NCBI GenBank assembly: GCA_016784125.1
Contig: JADHVI010000002.1
Coordinates: 35,653-99,652 of the forward strand
Direction of reading: 5' to 3'
Length of the DNA: 64,000 nt
DNA from: Candidatus Woesearchaeota archaeon
Lineage (GTDB): Archaea > Nanobdellota > Nanobdellia > Woesearchaeales > GCA-2686295
Shown: piece after piece, positions 1-9,969 of the stretch
How the letters are laid out: every line of letters begins with the position of its first letter
Position numbering within the stretch: the stretch's first letter is position 1
Position numbers and translations under genes: made by a program
The notes under the pieces: model-generated
Seen by the model: only the letters and a program-made list of their open reading frames with translations
Database searches by the model: none
What the model was told of the DNA's origin: nothing

Positions 1-1
1 C

Positions 2-550
2 ATTGATGGACCTGCGACAATTCACAATAAAATAAGAGGGGTGAAAGTTTTTGATAAGGTTATGAAGAACATTAAAGATGATAAAAGAATTATTTTAACG
101 CCAACTCTTACAACAACTAATTACAAATATATTGATGCACTTGTTAAAATTGCAAGGAATAGTGGAGTAGAAGGCATTACTTTCAGCACATACACATCTC
201 ATTCCAAAGGAAAAGATTCACTTCTTCTACAAGGCAAACAACTTGATGAAGCTATGAATAGTTTGTTGAAGGTTTGGAAGAAAAATAAAGACATTGTTTA
301 CTTAACACCTAAAATTATCAAAATTCTAAAAACAAAGGCTCATTACAAAACATGTTTCTTTTTAGGAAATGACTTTGTTTCTTACGACGCGACTATGAAT
401 ATTAAGAAACCATGTGTTATTGGAGAGGATGTAAATTGTAGCACTTGTGGTTGTATTGTTCCCATAGTTACTCACGCTTTGAAACTCGCAGACGTCAGAG
501 CATGGTTTATGTTTGATAGGTTATTTCCTGAAAAATACTATAAAATATAG
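2..550 (+). CDS. radical SAM/SPASM-like protein, C-terminal fragment (5' end outside window)
   Basis: The frame is open from base 2 (IDGPATIHNKIRGVKVFDKV...) upstream of the listed Met at 41. A C-terminal Cys cluster (CVIGEDVNCSTCGC) resembles an auxiliary Fe-S/SPASM region. Confidence 0.5.
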   Translation: MDGPATIHNKIRGVKVFDKVMKNIKDDKRIILTPTLTTTNYKYIDALVKIARNSGVEGITFSTYTSHSKGKDSLLLQGKQLDEAMNSLLKVWKKNKDIVYLTPKIIKILKTKAHYKTCFFLGNDFVSYDATMNIKKPCVIGEDVNCSTCGCIVPIVTHALKLADVRAWFMFDRLFPEKYYKI

Positions 551-633
551 TTTTTCTTAAAAAAGAGTTACTTTTGCCCCTTACAAGTAGTTAATACCGA
601 AAGATTTAAATACTAGTACCACTATATAGTGGT

Positions 634-692
634 TATGAGGCGGGCGTGAAGAGTGGCTATTTACGTTTCTTAGCAGCCAAACACCTCATACA
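634..692 (+). ncRNA. candidate small structured RNA (H/ACA-like hairpin followed by ACA)
   Basis: A locally GC-rich stretch lies in an AT-rich convergent spacer. ATGAGG (635-640) pairs with CCTCAT (684-689) and is followed directly by ACA (690-692). There is an inner TGGCT/AGCCA helix. A TTTAAATA box at 605-612 sits about 25 nt upstream. Confidence 0.15.
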
Positions 693-751
693 CCCCTTTA
701 ACTCTTCATAGCCCAAACTCATACTTTCTACAAACAATAAAAAAGAACTAG

Positions 752-2107
752 TTAAAACTTCATTCCCATCTTGCCGCCCATTTTCTGCATCATCTTGTCC
801 ATATTCTTCTCAGAACCACCTTTCATCATCTTGACAAGTTTCTTGGACTGTTTATACTGCTTCAATAAAGAACGGACATCACTGGCAACCAAGCCAGCAC
901 CCTTTGCAACTCTTTCAACGCGAGCACCGTTCATAATAGTAGGATCTTCAAGTTCTTCCTTAGTCATGCTATCCATAACAAAACGCCATTTCTCAATATT
1001 ACCTTCTTGAGCTTGCAAAGCCTCTTTAGGAATCTTCAATTGGCTCATGCCAGGAACCATTTGCATAATTTTACTCATAGAACCCATTTTTTTCATAGCT
1101 TTCATCTGATCATACAAATCAATAAGATTATAATCACCTTTCAGGAATCTCTGACCAAGGTCTTCAGCCTCTTCTTCAGTCATGGCTTCTCTAGCTTTTT
1201 CAAGCAAAGCTTCAATATCACCCATTCCAAGCAAACGACCGACAAAGCCTTCTGGTTTGAATTCTTCAATATCATTTATTGCTTCACCCACACCTATAAA
1301 TTTTACATGTGCACCAGTAACAGAACAAGCAGTCAAAGCACCACCACCTTTAGCAGTACCATCAAGTTTTGTAATTACAACACCAGACACACCACAAGTT
1401 TCATGGAATGCAGCAGCTTGTTTCTCAGCTGCTTGACCAATATCTGCGCTGATGACTAATAAGTTTTCATCTGCTTCAACTTCCTTATTGAGTTTGTTCA
1501 ACTCATCAATCAATTCATCGCTGAGAGCATCTCTTCCAGCACTATCAATAATAACAATGTCAAAGGTTGATAATTCTTTTTTGTGAGCCTTATAAATCTT
1601 AACAGGGTCCTTCTCTTTAGCATCCCCAAAAAATGAAACTTGCGCTTTTTCAGCTAGTTGCTTCAATTGTTCGTGTGCAGCAGGTCTCCAAGTATCTGTT
1701 TGAATAATTGCAACTTTGTGACCTCGAGTTTTATAGAATTTTCCAAGTTTACCTGCCAAAGTCGTTTTTCCACTTCCAAACAAGCCAACAAGCATAATTT
1801 TGAATGGTTTTTTCTTCTTAATTTCAATTTTTGAACCAGCACCGCCCAAGAATTCAACCAATTCGTCGTAAACTATCTTTACAAGTTGTTCTTTCTTTGA
1901 AATTGCTGATGGCTCAGCCTCTTTTAGAGCACGCTCTTTGATTTTTTTGGTGAGCTCAAATACTAATTTTACATTTACGTCGGATTGAAGCAAAGCACGT
2001 TGTATATCTTTAACTAATTCGTTGACTAGTTTCTCGTCCACAAACATCGCTTTCGTTACCTTTTGTAAGGTGTTTTTCAGTGAGTCTGAAAGCTTGTCCA
2101 ATACCAT
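752..2107 (-). CDS. srp54: signal recognition particle protein SRP54 (archaeal type)
   Basis: 451 aa with an MVLDKLSDSL N-terminus, GTPase P-loop GLFGSGKTT, DTWRPAA and TKLDGTAKGG motifs, and a Met-rich C-terminal M domain. Confidence 0.96.
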   Translation of the reverse strand: MVLDKLSDSLKNTLQKVTKAMFVDEKLVNELVKDIQRALLQSDVNVKLVFELTKKIKERALKEAEPSAISKKEQLVKIVYDELVEFLGGAGSKIEIKKKKPFKIMLVGLFGSGKTTLAGKLGKFYKTRGHKVAIIQTDTWRPAAHEQLKQLAEKAQVSFFGDAKEKDPVKIYKAHKKELSTFDIVIIDSAGRDALSDELIDELNKLNKEVEADENLLVISADIGQAAEKQAAAFHETCGVSGVVITKLDGTAKGGGALTACSVTGAHVKFIGVGEAINDIEEFKPEGFVGRLLGMGDIEALLEKAREAMTEEEAEDLGQRFLKGDYNLIDLYDQMKAMKKMGSMSKIMQMVPGMSQLKIPKEALQAQEGNIEKWRFVMDSMTKEELEDPTIMNGARVERVAKGAGLVASDVRSLLKQYKQSKKLVKMMKGGSEKNMDKMMQKMGGKMGMKF

Positions 2108-2181
2108 GTGACGAGAAAATAATGGATGGTTTATAAATATTTAGGAATGTTTATATATGTCAACTTCCTAGTTTAGTCAGG

Positions 2182-2376
2182 GTGAGCGTTATGCATAGAC
2201 ATGAAAAAATCAGCATTTTATTGAAAAGCATTATTTCTGAAATTCACAACTTAGAGAGAAAAGATTTTGATGACGAGAGAAAAAGATCTAATGCTTGTGA
2301 AAAAATCAACGACGAGCTGCACAAAGCGTACTCAATGATTAACGAATTGAAAAAAGAGTTTCAGGAAAAACTTTAG
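2182..2376 (+). CDS. hypothetical small coiled-coil protein
   Basis: 64-aa ORF with a GTG start and charged helical composition. No recognisable family. Confidence 0.3.
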   Translation: MSVMHRHEKISILLKSIISEIHNLERKDFDDERKRSNACEKINDELHKAYSMINELKKEFQEKL

Positions 2377-2669
2377 ATACCTAATTCCATTCTAGCCTGA
2401 TCGGACATTTTCTTAGGAGTCCAAGGCGGATCAAATATAAATTCCACTTTAGCTTTCTTAATACCTTTAATTTTCATTATCGCAGCCTCTGATTCTGACA
2501 TTAATTGAGGTGCAATCGGGCAGCCAGGAGATGTTAATGTCATTTTCACTTCAGCCATATCATTCTTGATATAAACAGCATATACCAATCCCAAATCAAC
2601 TATGTTAATACCTAATTCAGGGTCGATAACTTTTTTCAAAGCTTTCATAACATCTTCTTTATTGACCAT
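2373..2669 (-). CDS. DUF59/MIP18-family Fe-S assembly protein (SufT/PaaD-like)
   Basis: MVNKEDVMKALKKVIDPELGINIVDLGLVY...TLTSPGCP is the classic DUF59 signature. I moved the start to the internal Met at 2669 because the upstream 42 codons are hydrophobic junk that overlaps the divergent HAD gene. Confidence 0.8.
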   Translation of the reverse strand: MVNKEDVMKALKKVIDPELGINIVDLGLVYAVYIKNDMAEVKMTLTSPGCPIAPQLMSESEAAIMKIKGIKKAKVEFIFDPPWTPKKMSDQARMELGI

Positions 2670-2741
2670 GATAATAAAATTGGTTATGGGGTATATAAAG
2701 ATTACGATTAGCTTTTTATAAATATCTTTGTTCCTAATAGT

Positions 2742-3332
2742 ATGACATATGTGATTTTCGACGTAGGAAATGTTATTATTGAAGCAAATCATCAAATTAC
2801 GTTTGAAGCTTTGAAGAATTTGGGCGTTTCTCCAGAAAAAGCAGTGGATTTCTACACCATTCCTGAATATTCAGAGTTTTCCAGGGGAAATATCACTGAA
2901 GAACAATTCCACATGGCACTAATCCAACATTTTGGAATGGATTTATCCTTGGATCAAGTCAGACAAGCTCATGACTCTCATATATATGCGTTGGTTGATA
3001 GAATAAAGGACACATTAGATTATGCCAAAGCACATGCAAATATTGGTTTTCTGACAAACACAAATATATGGCAAACTGCACGTGAAAAACAATTTATAGA
3101 TTTAGAGCTATATGGAGGACCAGTCCTAAGATCGCACGAATTACACCTACTAAAATCAGACCAAGGATTATTTGAAAAAGCCACAGAAATAATTGGTGCT
3201 TCAGAAGAAGATATTATTCTTGTAGATGATTTAACAAATAATTGTTTGGAAGCAAGACGGTATGGGTGGGATTTTATCCAATTTAAAGATGCACGCCAGA
3301 CTTATGATGCATTAATAAAAAAACTCAATTAG
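2742..3332 (+). CDS. HAD-superfamily hydrolase
   Basis: N-terminal VIFDVGNVII (HAD motif I-like) and C-terminal ILVDDLTNN (motif IV-like). 196 aa. Confidence 0.65.
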   Translation: MTYVIFDVGNVIIEANHQITFEALKNLGVSPEKAVDFYTIPEYSEFSRGNITEEQFHMALIQHFGMDLSLDQVRQAHDSHIYALVDRIKDTLDYAKAHANIGFLTNTNIWQTAREKQFIDLELYGGPVLRSHELHLLKSDQGLFEKATEIIGASEEDIILVDDLTNNCLEARRYGWDFIQFKDARQTYDALIKKLN

Positions 3333-3865
3333 GCATGACCATCTAGAACATCTTTCATTCTGTGTTTTTCTGTGTATTGCGCCTGTGTTTTTAGTTGGAA
3401 TGATCTCAGAACTTCTTGAACACGCTCCATCTTCTTTGCAGGTTCGTCCATTCGTTTCATTTTAAGTTCTTTGGCACCTTGTCTACTAAGGTCTAGTATG
3501 ATTGTACCTGTTCCAAAGTATCGATTAAAAAAACCCGTATTATCATATGATATCTGAGAAATGTTCTGATACGAAACATTCTTTGTTTTTTTGAAGAGAA
3601 ATAATATACTATTGCAAGCCTTCAATTTATCATCAAAAAATGCATATTGAACTTTCTTTGCAGCTATTTGACTAAGAAGCAAGATTATTAATCCAATTAT
3701 GACAATGGTTATAATCAGCCAATGCAAAGGTGCTATCGTGTGCAAAATTGTCGTTGTGAATTCAAGTATTATCAAAATGATTATTACAATGACTATAGTT
3801 GTTAGCATCTTCAAGAAATTCATTAACAACACTTTGTGAGTGTTTGGCCGGAATACAGTAGGCAT
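3329..3865 (-). CDS. membrane protein with bacterial PH (bPH_2/DUF304-like) domain
   Basis: Two long hydrophobic helices are followed by YAFFDDKL...ISYDNTGFFNRYFGTGTIILD, which resembles YdbS/YdbT-type PH domains. Confidence 0.5.
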   Translation of the reverse strand: MPTVFRPNTHKVLLMNFLKMLTTIVIVIIILIILEFTTTILHTIAPLHWLIITIVIIGLIILLLSQIAAKKVQYAFFDDKLKACNSILFLFKKTKNVSYQNISQISYDNTGFFNRYFGTGTIILDLSRQGAKELKMKRMDEPAKKMERVQEVLRSFQLKTQAQYTEKHRMKDVLDGHA

Positions 3866-3978
3866 ATATCCATTTATGATATTTGAAATTAATATATTTT
3901 TCGTTAAAACGTAAAAAACTACTTAACAGTAATGAAAATACTAACCTTTATATGCTGCTTTCTACTCCTGATTGAAAA

Positions 3979-4791
3979 ATGAATGATGAAGGATTGATTT
4001 TCCCATGGGAACAAATTGAAGTTGGGTCAAAACACAAGTTAGCTCCATTTTTTCAAGGTTACAAACATGTATTTGCAAAACTCATTGAATTGGATAGAAT
4101 ACCCCTATCCTCAGCAGAGTACATGTCTCGAATTGTTGAATTAAGATCAAAAGATTCCAAATTACGTAAAAAACTAAAAATTGAGTGGCAAAACTATTTT
4201 AGCGCAGAAGATGAAGTCAGAGAACATCTTCGAACTGTACAAAATGAATGGACACATGGTCCGGGATTGAGCGGCTATCGAACTCAAGACATTCTACTTC
4301 GTAACGGTAAAGGTGATGCATTAATCGTTTTTTTGTATGACAACCAAAACAATCTAACAAAAGAAGGTGTCACATTGATAAATGCAATGGGTGATAGTCG
4401 AACAGTTTTTACCGCAGGAACGAATGGTTTGTATGAAGCATTAGAGGATGGCAACAGCATTCATATTCCAGCATCTTCTATGCTAGAAGAAAACATCGCA
4501 AATCTACTTCCCATTCTAGCAAGACACTCAGATTTTGTTCCTCCTGAATTCTCAGTTGATCCTCATTTAGTTTCAGAATTTAGAGAGCATTATGGTAGTG
4601 AAAAGCCCATAACTATAAGTACAGATCAAGCAGACTCAGAAGGATGTTTAAGAATTTGGAATATGCAGCCAGGAGGATATCATTTCAAAGCAATAAAAGA
4701 ACTTTTTTGCAAATACATAATTAGTGTAACAAAACCAAGTTCATATGAACAAAGACAAACTCAAATAAGTCTTACTTTAGATGAAAGATAA
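3979..4791 (+). CDS. hypothetical protein
   Basis: 270-aa ORF filling an otherwise empty gap. No family recognised. Confidence 0.5.
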   Translation: MNDEGLIFPWEQIEVGSKHKLAPFFQGYKHVFAKLIELDRIPLSSAEYMSRIVELRSKDSKLRKKLKIEWQNYFSAEDEVREHLRTVQNEWTHGPGLSGYRTQDILLRNGKGDALIVFLYDNQNNLTKEGVTLINAMGDSRTVFTAGTNGLYEALEDGNSIHIPASSMLEENIANLLPILARHSDFVPPEFSVDPHLVSEFREHYGSEKPITISTDQADSEGCLRIWNMQPGGYHFKAIKELFCKYIISVTKPSSYEQRQTQISLTLDER

Positions 4792-5553
4792 TAATTCTGT
4801 TGCAGTAAAAGTCACACGTTTCTTCTTCGCTTTCTCACCTGCATCTCCACACAACCATGCAGAATTAATTGCAGATTGCAAAGGAGATAATTTCTGCGCC
4901 AAAAAACCAACACACAGACCTGCAAGGATATCACCAGTCCCACCAACAGTCATTTCTGGCACGCCCGTCTCGTTGATGTAAATCTTCTTTCCAGTTAAAA
5001 TTTTATCCTTATTTCCTTTTAACAAAATAATTTTTTCTTCAGAAAGATATTTCTCCTGGTATTTACAATTAACACGCATAACTTCATACTCTCGATGATG
5101 AGGTGTACATATAAAATTTGTTTTCATTTTTCCAATGTTAACTGCGTGCAAAGCATCTGCATCTATAACTAACGGTTTTTTGATTTTTTCAAGCAATGTT
5201 CTCATAAAAGACAATTTCTGTTTTGATCTTCCAATCCCATTACCAATCAAAACTGCATCAGCTTTATTTACAAATTTCATAATTGCAGGTATCTGTGCGC
5301 TAGAGAATTCTCTGCATTTAAGTTTATGAGTTATAATATTAGGGTTGTAGGTATTTATCGCCCACGCAACTTTTTGTGGTGCAACAACTTCAACTAAATC
5401 CACGCCTGCCTTAAAAGCAGCAATCGCAGCAAGTATTGGCGCACCAACAAATTCTTCAGAACCACCAATAATCAATACTCTGCCTGAATCTCCTTTATGA
5501 GAAGTGAGTTTTCTTTTTGGAAATTTACAGTTTTTCTTTGAAACAAGCATCAT
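4777..5553 (-). CDS. nnrD: ADP-dependent NAD(P)H-hydrate dehydratase (YjeF C-terminal/carbohydrate kinase family)
   Basis: HKGDSGRVLIIGGSEEFVGAP near the N-terminus and GGTGDILAG near the C-terminus are the family signatures. Confidence 0.85.
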   Translation of the reverse strand: MMLVSKKNCKFPKRKLTSHKGDSGRVLIIGGSEEFVGAPILAAIAAFKAGVDLVEVVAPQKVAWAINTYNPNIITHKLKCREFSSAQIPAIMKFVNKADAVLIGNGIGRSKQKLSFMRTLLEKIKKPLVIDADALHAVNIGKMKTNFICTPHHREYEVMRVNCKYQEKYLSEEKIILLKGNKDKILTGKKIYINETGVPEMTVGGTGDILAGLCVGFLAQKLSPLQSAINSAWLCGDAGEKAKKKRVTFTATELLSFI

Positions 5554-5556
5554 GAA

Positions 5557-6780
5557 TTATTTCTTAAGCTTTTCTTCAATTCTTAATAACCGATTGTATT
5601 TTGCAGTTCTTTCCCCTCTACATGTCGCACCGGTTTTTATTTGACCAGTTCCTAATGCAACTGCCAAATCCGCAATGAAAGTATCTTCTGTTTCACCGCT
5701 TCTATGACTAACCATTACTTTCCAATCATTTCTAAAAGCGAGTTCTGCAGCTTTGATTGCCTCTAACAGCGTTCCTATTTGATTAACCTTCAACAATAGC
5801 GCATTACATGCGCCCACATCCATGGCTTTTCTAATTCTATCAACATTTGTAACCAATAAATCATCACCTACAACTTGTATCTTGTCTCGGTTCTCCTTTG
5901 TGAATTTTGCAAATGCAGCAAAATCCTCTTCATCAAAAGGATCCTCTATTGAAATAATAGGATATTTCTTTATTAGCTTGCAATATAAATCTGATAATTC
6001 GTCAGAAGTTAATTCTTTTCCTTCAACAGTATATTTTCCTTTGTTATAGAAATCTGATGCAGCAATATCCATCGCGATTTTTACTTTTCCTTGATAACCA
6101 AGTTCTTTTACAGCTTCAAGTATTAATTTGATTGGTTCTTCATAGCTTTCCAAATCTGGTGCAAACCCACCTTCATCACCAACACCTGTTGACAAGTTTT
6201 TTTGTTTCAAAACTTTTTTCAGTTGTTGATACACTTCAGCGCCAATTCTAAGAGATTCTGCAAAGGTCTTTCCTTGAGGAACTATCATGTATTCTTGGAA
6301 ATCCAAAGCATTATCCGCATGCATACCACCATTGATAATATTCATGTAAGGTGTTGGTAAACACATGTCTCTATTAGTTAGCGTTTGTAAATATTCAAAG
6401 AGTTCCATGCCTTTCTCTTTGGCTGCGACTCTTGCACAAGCCATACTAACAGCTAAGATTGCATTTGCACCTAGCACAGTTTTTTCATCTGTGCCATCTA
6501 GTTGTATCATCATGAAGTCAATCTCTTTTTGATTGGTAACATCTTTTCCAGTTAGCATTTTTCCAATCCTTGTCACATTTTCAAGTGCTTTCGTAACTCC
6601 TTGTCCGTGATATTCTTTACCGCCGTCTCTTAACTCCAACGCTTCGTGTGTGCCTGTGCTTGTTCCACTAGGAACAATTGCTCTAGCAGAATAGTTTTCT
6701 GTAAACACTTCTGCTTCTACTGTGGGATTTCCCCTTGAATCAAGAACTTGTCTTCCGAGAATTTTTGTGATTTTTGCCAT
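5557..6780 (-). CDS. eno: enolase (phosphopyruvate hydratase)
   Basis: 407 aa with ILGRQVLDSRGNPTVEAEV, SGETEDTFIADLAV and IKTGATCRGERTAKYN motifs. Confidence 0.97.
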   Translation of the reverse strand: MAKITKILGRQVLDSRGNPTVEAEVFTENYSARAIVPSGTSTGTHEALELRDGGKEYHGQGVTKALENVTRIGKMLTGKDVTNQKEIDFMMIQLDGTDEKTVLGANAILAVSMACARVAAKEKGMELFEYLQTLTNRDMCLPTPYMNIINGGMHADNALDFQEYMIVPQGKTFAESLRIGAEVYQQLKKVLKQKNLSTGVGDEGGFAPDLESYEEPIKLILEAVKELGYQGKVKIAMDIAASDFYNKGKYTVEGKELTSDELSDLYCKLIKKYPIISIEDPFDEEDFAAFAKFTKENRDKIQVVGDDLLVTNVDRIRKAMDVGACNALLLKVNQIGTLLEAIKAAELAFRNDWKVMVSHRSGETEDTFIADLAVALGTGQIKTGATCRGERTAKYNRLLRIEEKLKK

Positions 6781-6878
6781 ATTAAAACGAACACGTCTTT
6801 CTATAAAAAAGTTGTGGTAGAAAAAAAGAGAAGCTTTTTATATGCTCCTATCATTGCAAGGTTTGTAGGTGAGCATGG

Positions 6879-7517
6879 GTGAGAACTAGCATAATCACAT
6901 TATTGGTTATTATTGTAATTTCTATATTAGTAAGTTTCTACTTCTTACCACATTTGCCTGATGAAGTTGCAAGTCACTGGAATTCACAGGGAGAAGTTGA
7001 TGGTCACATGTCAAAATTTTGGGGTGCATTTTTAATGCCCATAGTTTCGATTGCATTATTCTTATTATTTGTATATCTTCCAAGAACAGATCCACTAAAA
7101 GGTAACTTAGAAAAATTTCGAAAATATTTTGATGTATTCATAATATTAATTTTCCTATTTTTATTATATATTCATGTCCTAACATTGATATGGAATTCAG
7201 GGATAATTTTTGATATGGGTAAAGCAGTTGTACCAGCAGTCGGAGTTTTGATTTTATATATTGGTTTCTTGCTAGAAAAATCTAAGAGAAACTGGTTTGT
7301 TGGTATTAGAACTCCTTGGACTCTTAGCAGCGACAAGGTTTGGAAGAAAACACATCATTTAGGCGGCAGACTTTTCAAGGTACTCGGAGTAATTTTCATC
7401 TTGAGTCCGTTCGTATTTGAGCAATTCATAGCTATAATGATTGCAATTATCATAATAATAGTTATCTATTTATTCCTCTATTCTTATCTAGAATACAAGA
7501 AAGAAAAAAGACGTTAA
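6879..7517 (+). CDS. SdpI/YhfL-family membrane protein (DUF1648 + SdpI)
   Basis: HWNSQGEVDGHMSKFWG (DUF1648-like) and NWFVGIRTPWTLSSDKVWKKTH (SdpI-like), with multiple TM helices. Confidence 0.7.
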   Translation: MRTSIITLLVIIVISILVSFYFLPHLPDEVASHWNSQGEVDGHMSKFWGAFLMPIVSIALFLLFVYLPRTDPLKGNLEKFRKYFDVFIILIFLFLLYIHVLTLIWNSGIIFDMGKAVVPAVGVLILYIGFLLEKSKRNWFVGIRTPWTLSSDKVWKKTHHLGGRLFKVLGVIFILSPFVFEQFIAIMIAIIIIIVIYLFLYSYLEYKKEKRR

Positions 7518-9922
7518 ATTCCTAATTTTTTCTCTAGTTCTGCAATTGCAAGTGTTGTTTTAATGACGGTGTCTGGATTCAAACTCATGGTTTGTATACC
7601 GCATTCAACAACGAATTCTGCAAACTCCAAGTAATCAGATGGTGCTTGTCCGCAAATTCCAATATATTTTCCTTTTGCATTACAAACTTCAATGACTTGC
7701 TTCACCAATTTTTTGACTGCAGGATTTCTCTCATCGTATACATGCGCAACTAATTCAGAATCTCTATCAACCCCTAGTGTTAGCTGTGTCAAATCATTTG
7801 TTCCTATACTAAAACCATCAACTACCTCTAAGAATTCTTCTGCTAAAATAACATTACTTGGAATTTCACACATCCCAATAACTTTCAATCCGTTTTCTCC
7901 TTTTTTCAAACCAAACTCGGCCATTGTATCAATAACTTTTTTTGTTTCTTCAACAGTTCTTGGAAATGGAATCATGACTTCAACGTTTGTTAGTCCCATT
8001 TCATTTCGAACTTTTAAAAAAGCTCTACATTCAAGACCAAATGCTGCTTTGTAATTTTTATCATAATACCTTGATGCGCCTCTCCAACCAATCATTGGGT
8101 TGTCTTCGACGGGTTCAAATTGCCTTCCACCAACAAGGTTTGCGTATTCATTTGATTTAAAATCTGACAATCTGACAATAACTTTCTTTGGATAAAAAGC
8201 CGCTGCGATTGTACCAATTCCTTCTGCTAATTTATCTACAAAGTATTGTCCTTTGTCTTTATACCCATAAGTGAGTTCTTCAATTTCTTTCTTGACAGTT
8301 TCATCTTTTAACTCATCAAACCTTAGCAATGCTAATGGATGTACTTTGATATAAGAATTAATTATAAATTCTTCTCTTGCAAGACCAACACCTTCATTTG
8401 GTATAAAACTTGTTTCAAATGCTTGATCTGGCGCTCCAAGATTCATCATTATCTTGGTTTTTGTCTTTGGTATATTATCAAGTTTTGTTTCAATAATATC
8501 AAATTCTAGTTTTCCTCTAAAAACGTGGCCTTCTGCTCCTTGCGAACAATCAACTGTTACATCTTCTCCTTGCATAATTTCTTCAGTTCCAGTTTTTGTT
8601 CCAACAACGCAGGGTATTCCAAGTTCTCTTGAAATAATTGCCGCGTGACAAGTTCGTCCACCTCTATTAGTCACAATTGCAGAAGCTATTTTCATTATTG
8701 GCTCCCAATCCGGATCAGTCATATCTGTTATAAGAACTTCTCCTTCTTTGAAATCATGAATTTTATGAACTTCTTTTATGACATTTGCACTCCCAGAACC
8801 AATTTTTGAACCAACCGATTTTCCGGTGATTAATAATGCTCCAGATTGTTTTAACTTATAATTTTGAAGTACGTTTTGATCTTTTTGACTTTGAACTGTT
8901 TCAGGCCTGGCTTGTACAATAAAAATTTCGCCAGTTTGGCCATCTTTTGCCCATTCCATATCCATTGGTTTGAAATGGCCTGCTTTTTCTGAATAATGAT
9001 CTTCAATGGTCTGCGCCATTTTTGCAAGTTCTAATACTTCGCAATCGTTTATAGATAGAATTTTTCTATCGGCTTCTAGCACATCTATATTCTTTGTTGG
9101 GTTTTTGCTATCATGCGTATAAATCATCTTGATAGCTTTTCTTCCAATTCGTTTCATAATAATTGGTTTAAAACCTTTTCTTAAGGTTGGTTTATGAACA
9201 TAGAATTCATCTGGGTTCACTGCTCCTTGAACTATGTTTTCTCCAAGGCCATAAGCAGAGGTTATGAATATTGCATCTTTAAAACCTGACTCTGTATCAA
9301 TAGAAAACATTACTCCAGAACAAGCAAGATCTGAACGAACCATTTTTTGCACTCCAATACTTAATGCAATAGAAAAATGATCAAAGTTCTTATCTACTCT
9401 ATAACTAATCGCTCTATTTGTAAAAAGACTTGCAAAACATTTTTTACAAGCGTCAATTATTTCTTCGTATCCATGAATATTTAAGTATGTTTCTTGTTGT
9501 CCTGCAAAACTTGCATCTGGTAAATCTTCCGCAGTAGCACTACTTCTAACTGCAACATCTGTATTTGCACCATATTGTTTTTCTAAATGCTTATAAGAAT
9601 CTATAATAGCTTCTTTTAATTCTGGTGGGAATTCTAGATTTCTAATTAATCTTCTGACTTTTTCTCCTCGTTCCTGTAAATTATGAAGATCTGAAGTGTT
9701 TAAGTCTGATAATATGTCAACAATTTTTTCTTTGGCGGCTGTTTTTTCAAGTAAATATCTATAAGCATATGCTGAGACTGCAAAACCATTTGGAACCTTA
9801 ACACCTTTCTTTGTTAAGTTTTGATACATTTCCCCAAGAGAAGCATTCTTTCCACCTACTATTGGTACATCTTCAATTCCTAATTGGTCAAACCACAGAA
9901 TAAACTCTTTTTCTTCGCTCAA
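7514..9922 (-). CDS. ppsA: phosphoenolpyruvate synthase (pyruvate, water dikinase)
   Basis: 802 aa with an ATP-grasp N-terminus (GGKNASLGEM), swivel-domain catalytic His (GGRTCHAAIISRELGIPCVVG), and a PEP-utilising C-terminal TIM barrel (FSIGTNDLTQ). Confidence 0.95.
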   Translation of the reverse strand: MSEEKEFILWFDQLGIEDVPIVGGKNASLGEMYQNLTKKGVKVPNGFAVSAYAYRYLLEKTAAKEKIVDILSDLNTSDLHNLQERGEKVRRLIRNLEFPPELKEAIIDSYKHLEKQYGANTDVAVRSSATAEDLPDASFAGQQETYLNIHGYEEIIDACKKCFASLFTNRAISYRVDKNFDHFSIALSIGVQKMVRSDLACSGVMFSIDTESGFKDAIFITSAYGLGENIVQGAVNPDEFYVHKPTLRKGFKPIIMKRIGRKAIKMIYTHDSKNPTKNIDVLEADRKILSINDCEVLELAKMAQTIEDHYSEKAGHFKPMDMEWAKDGQTGEIFIVQARPETVQSQKDQNVLQNYKLKQSGALLITGKSVGSKIGSGSANVIKEVHKIHDFKEGEVLITDMTDPDWEPIMKIASAIVTNRGGRTCHAAIISRELGIPCVVGTKTGTEEIMQGEDVTVDCSQGAEGHVFRGKLEFDIIETKLDNIPKTKTKIMMNLGAPDQAFETSFIPNEGVGLAREEFIINSYIKVHPLALLRFDELKDETVKKEIEELTYGYKDKGQYFVDKLAEGIGTIAAAFYPKKVIVRLSDFKSNEYANLVGGRQFEPVEDNPMIGWRGASRYYDKNYKAAFGLECRAFLKVRNEMGLTNVEVMIPFPRTVEETKKVIDTMAEFGLKKGENGLKVIGMCEIPSNVILAEEFLEVVDGFSIGTNDLTQLTLGVDRDSELVAHVYDERNPAVKKLVKQVIEVCNAKGKYIGICGQAPSDYLEFAEFVVECGIQTMSLNPDTVIKTTLAIAELEKKLGI

Positions 9923-9969
9923 AAAATCACCTCTCTTCTTAACAATACCTTAACACCAGTCATATATAA

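Noticed and set aside
771-1459. ORFs 771-1010, 1007-1459 and 1182-1436 on the plus strand inside the SRP54 locus
   Set aside because: They lie antisense to a full-length, motif-complete SRP54 gene. Their low-complexity Ser/Phe/Thr-rich translations are typical of the reverse frame of an AT-rich gene.
2670-2795. N-terminal 42-codon extension of the DUF59 ORF
   Set aside because: The extension is hydrophobic and Asn/Ile-rich, has no family similarity, and overlaps the divergent HAD gene start. The family signature begins right after the internal Met at 2669.
7692-8648. Plus-strand ORFs 7692-8054 and 8454-8648
   Set aside because: They lie antisense within ppsA and show shadow-frame composition.
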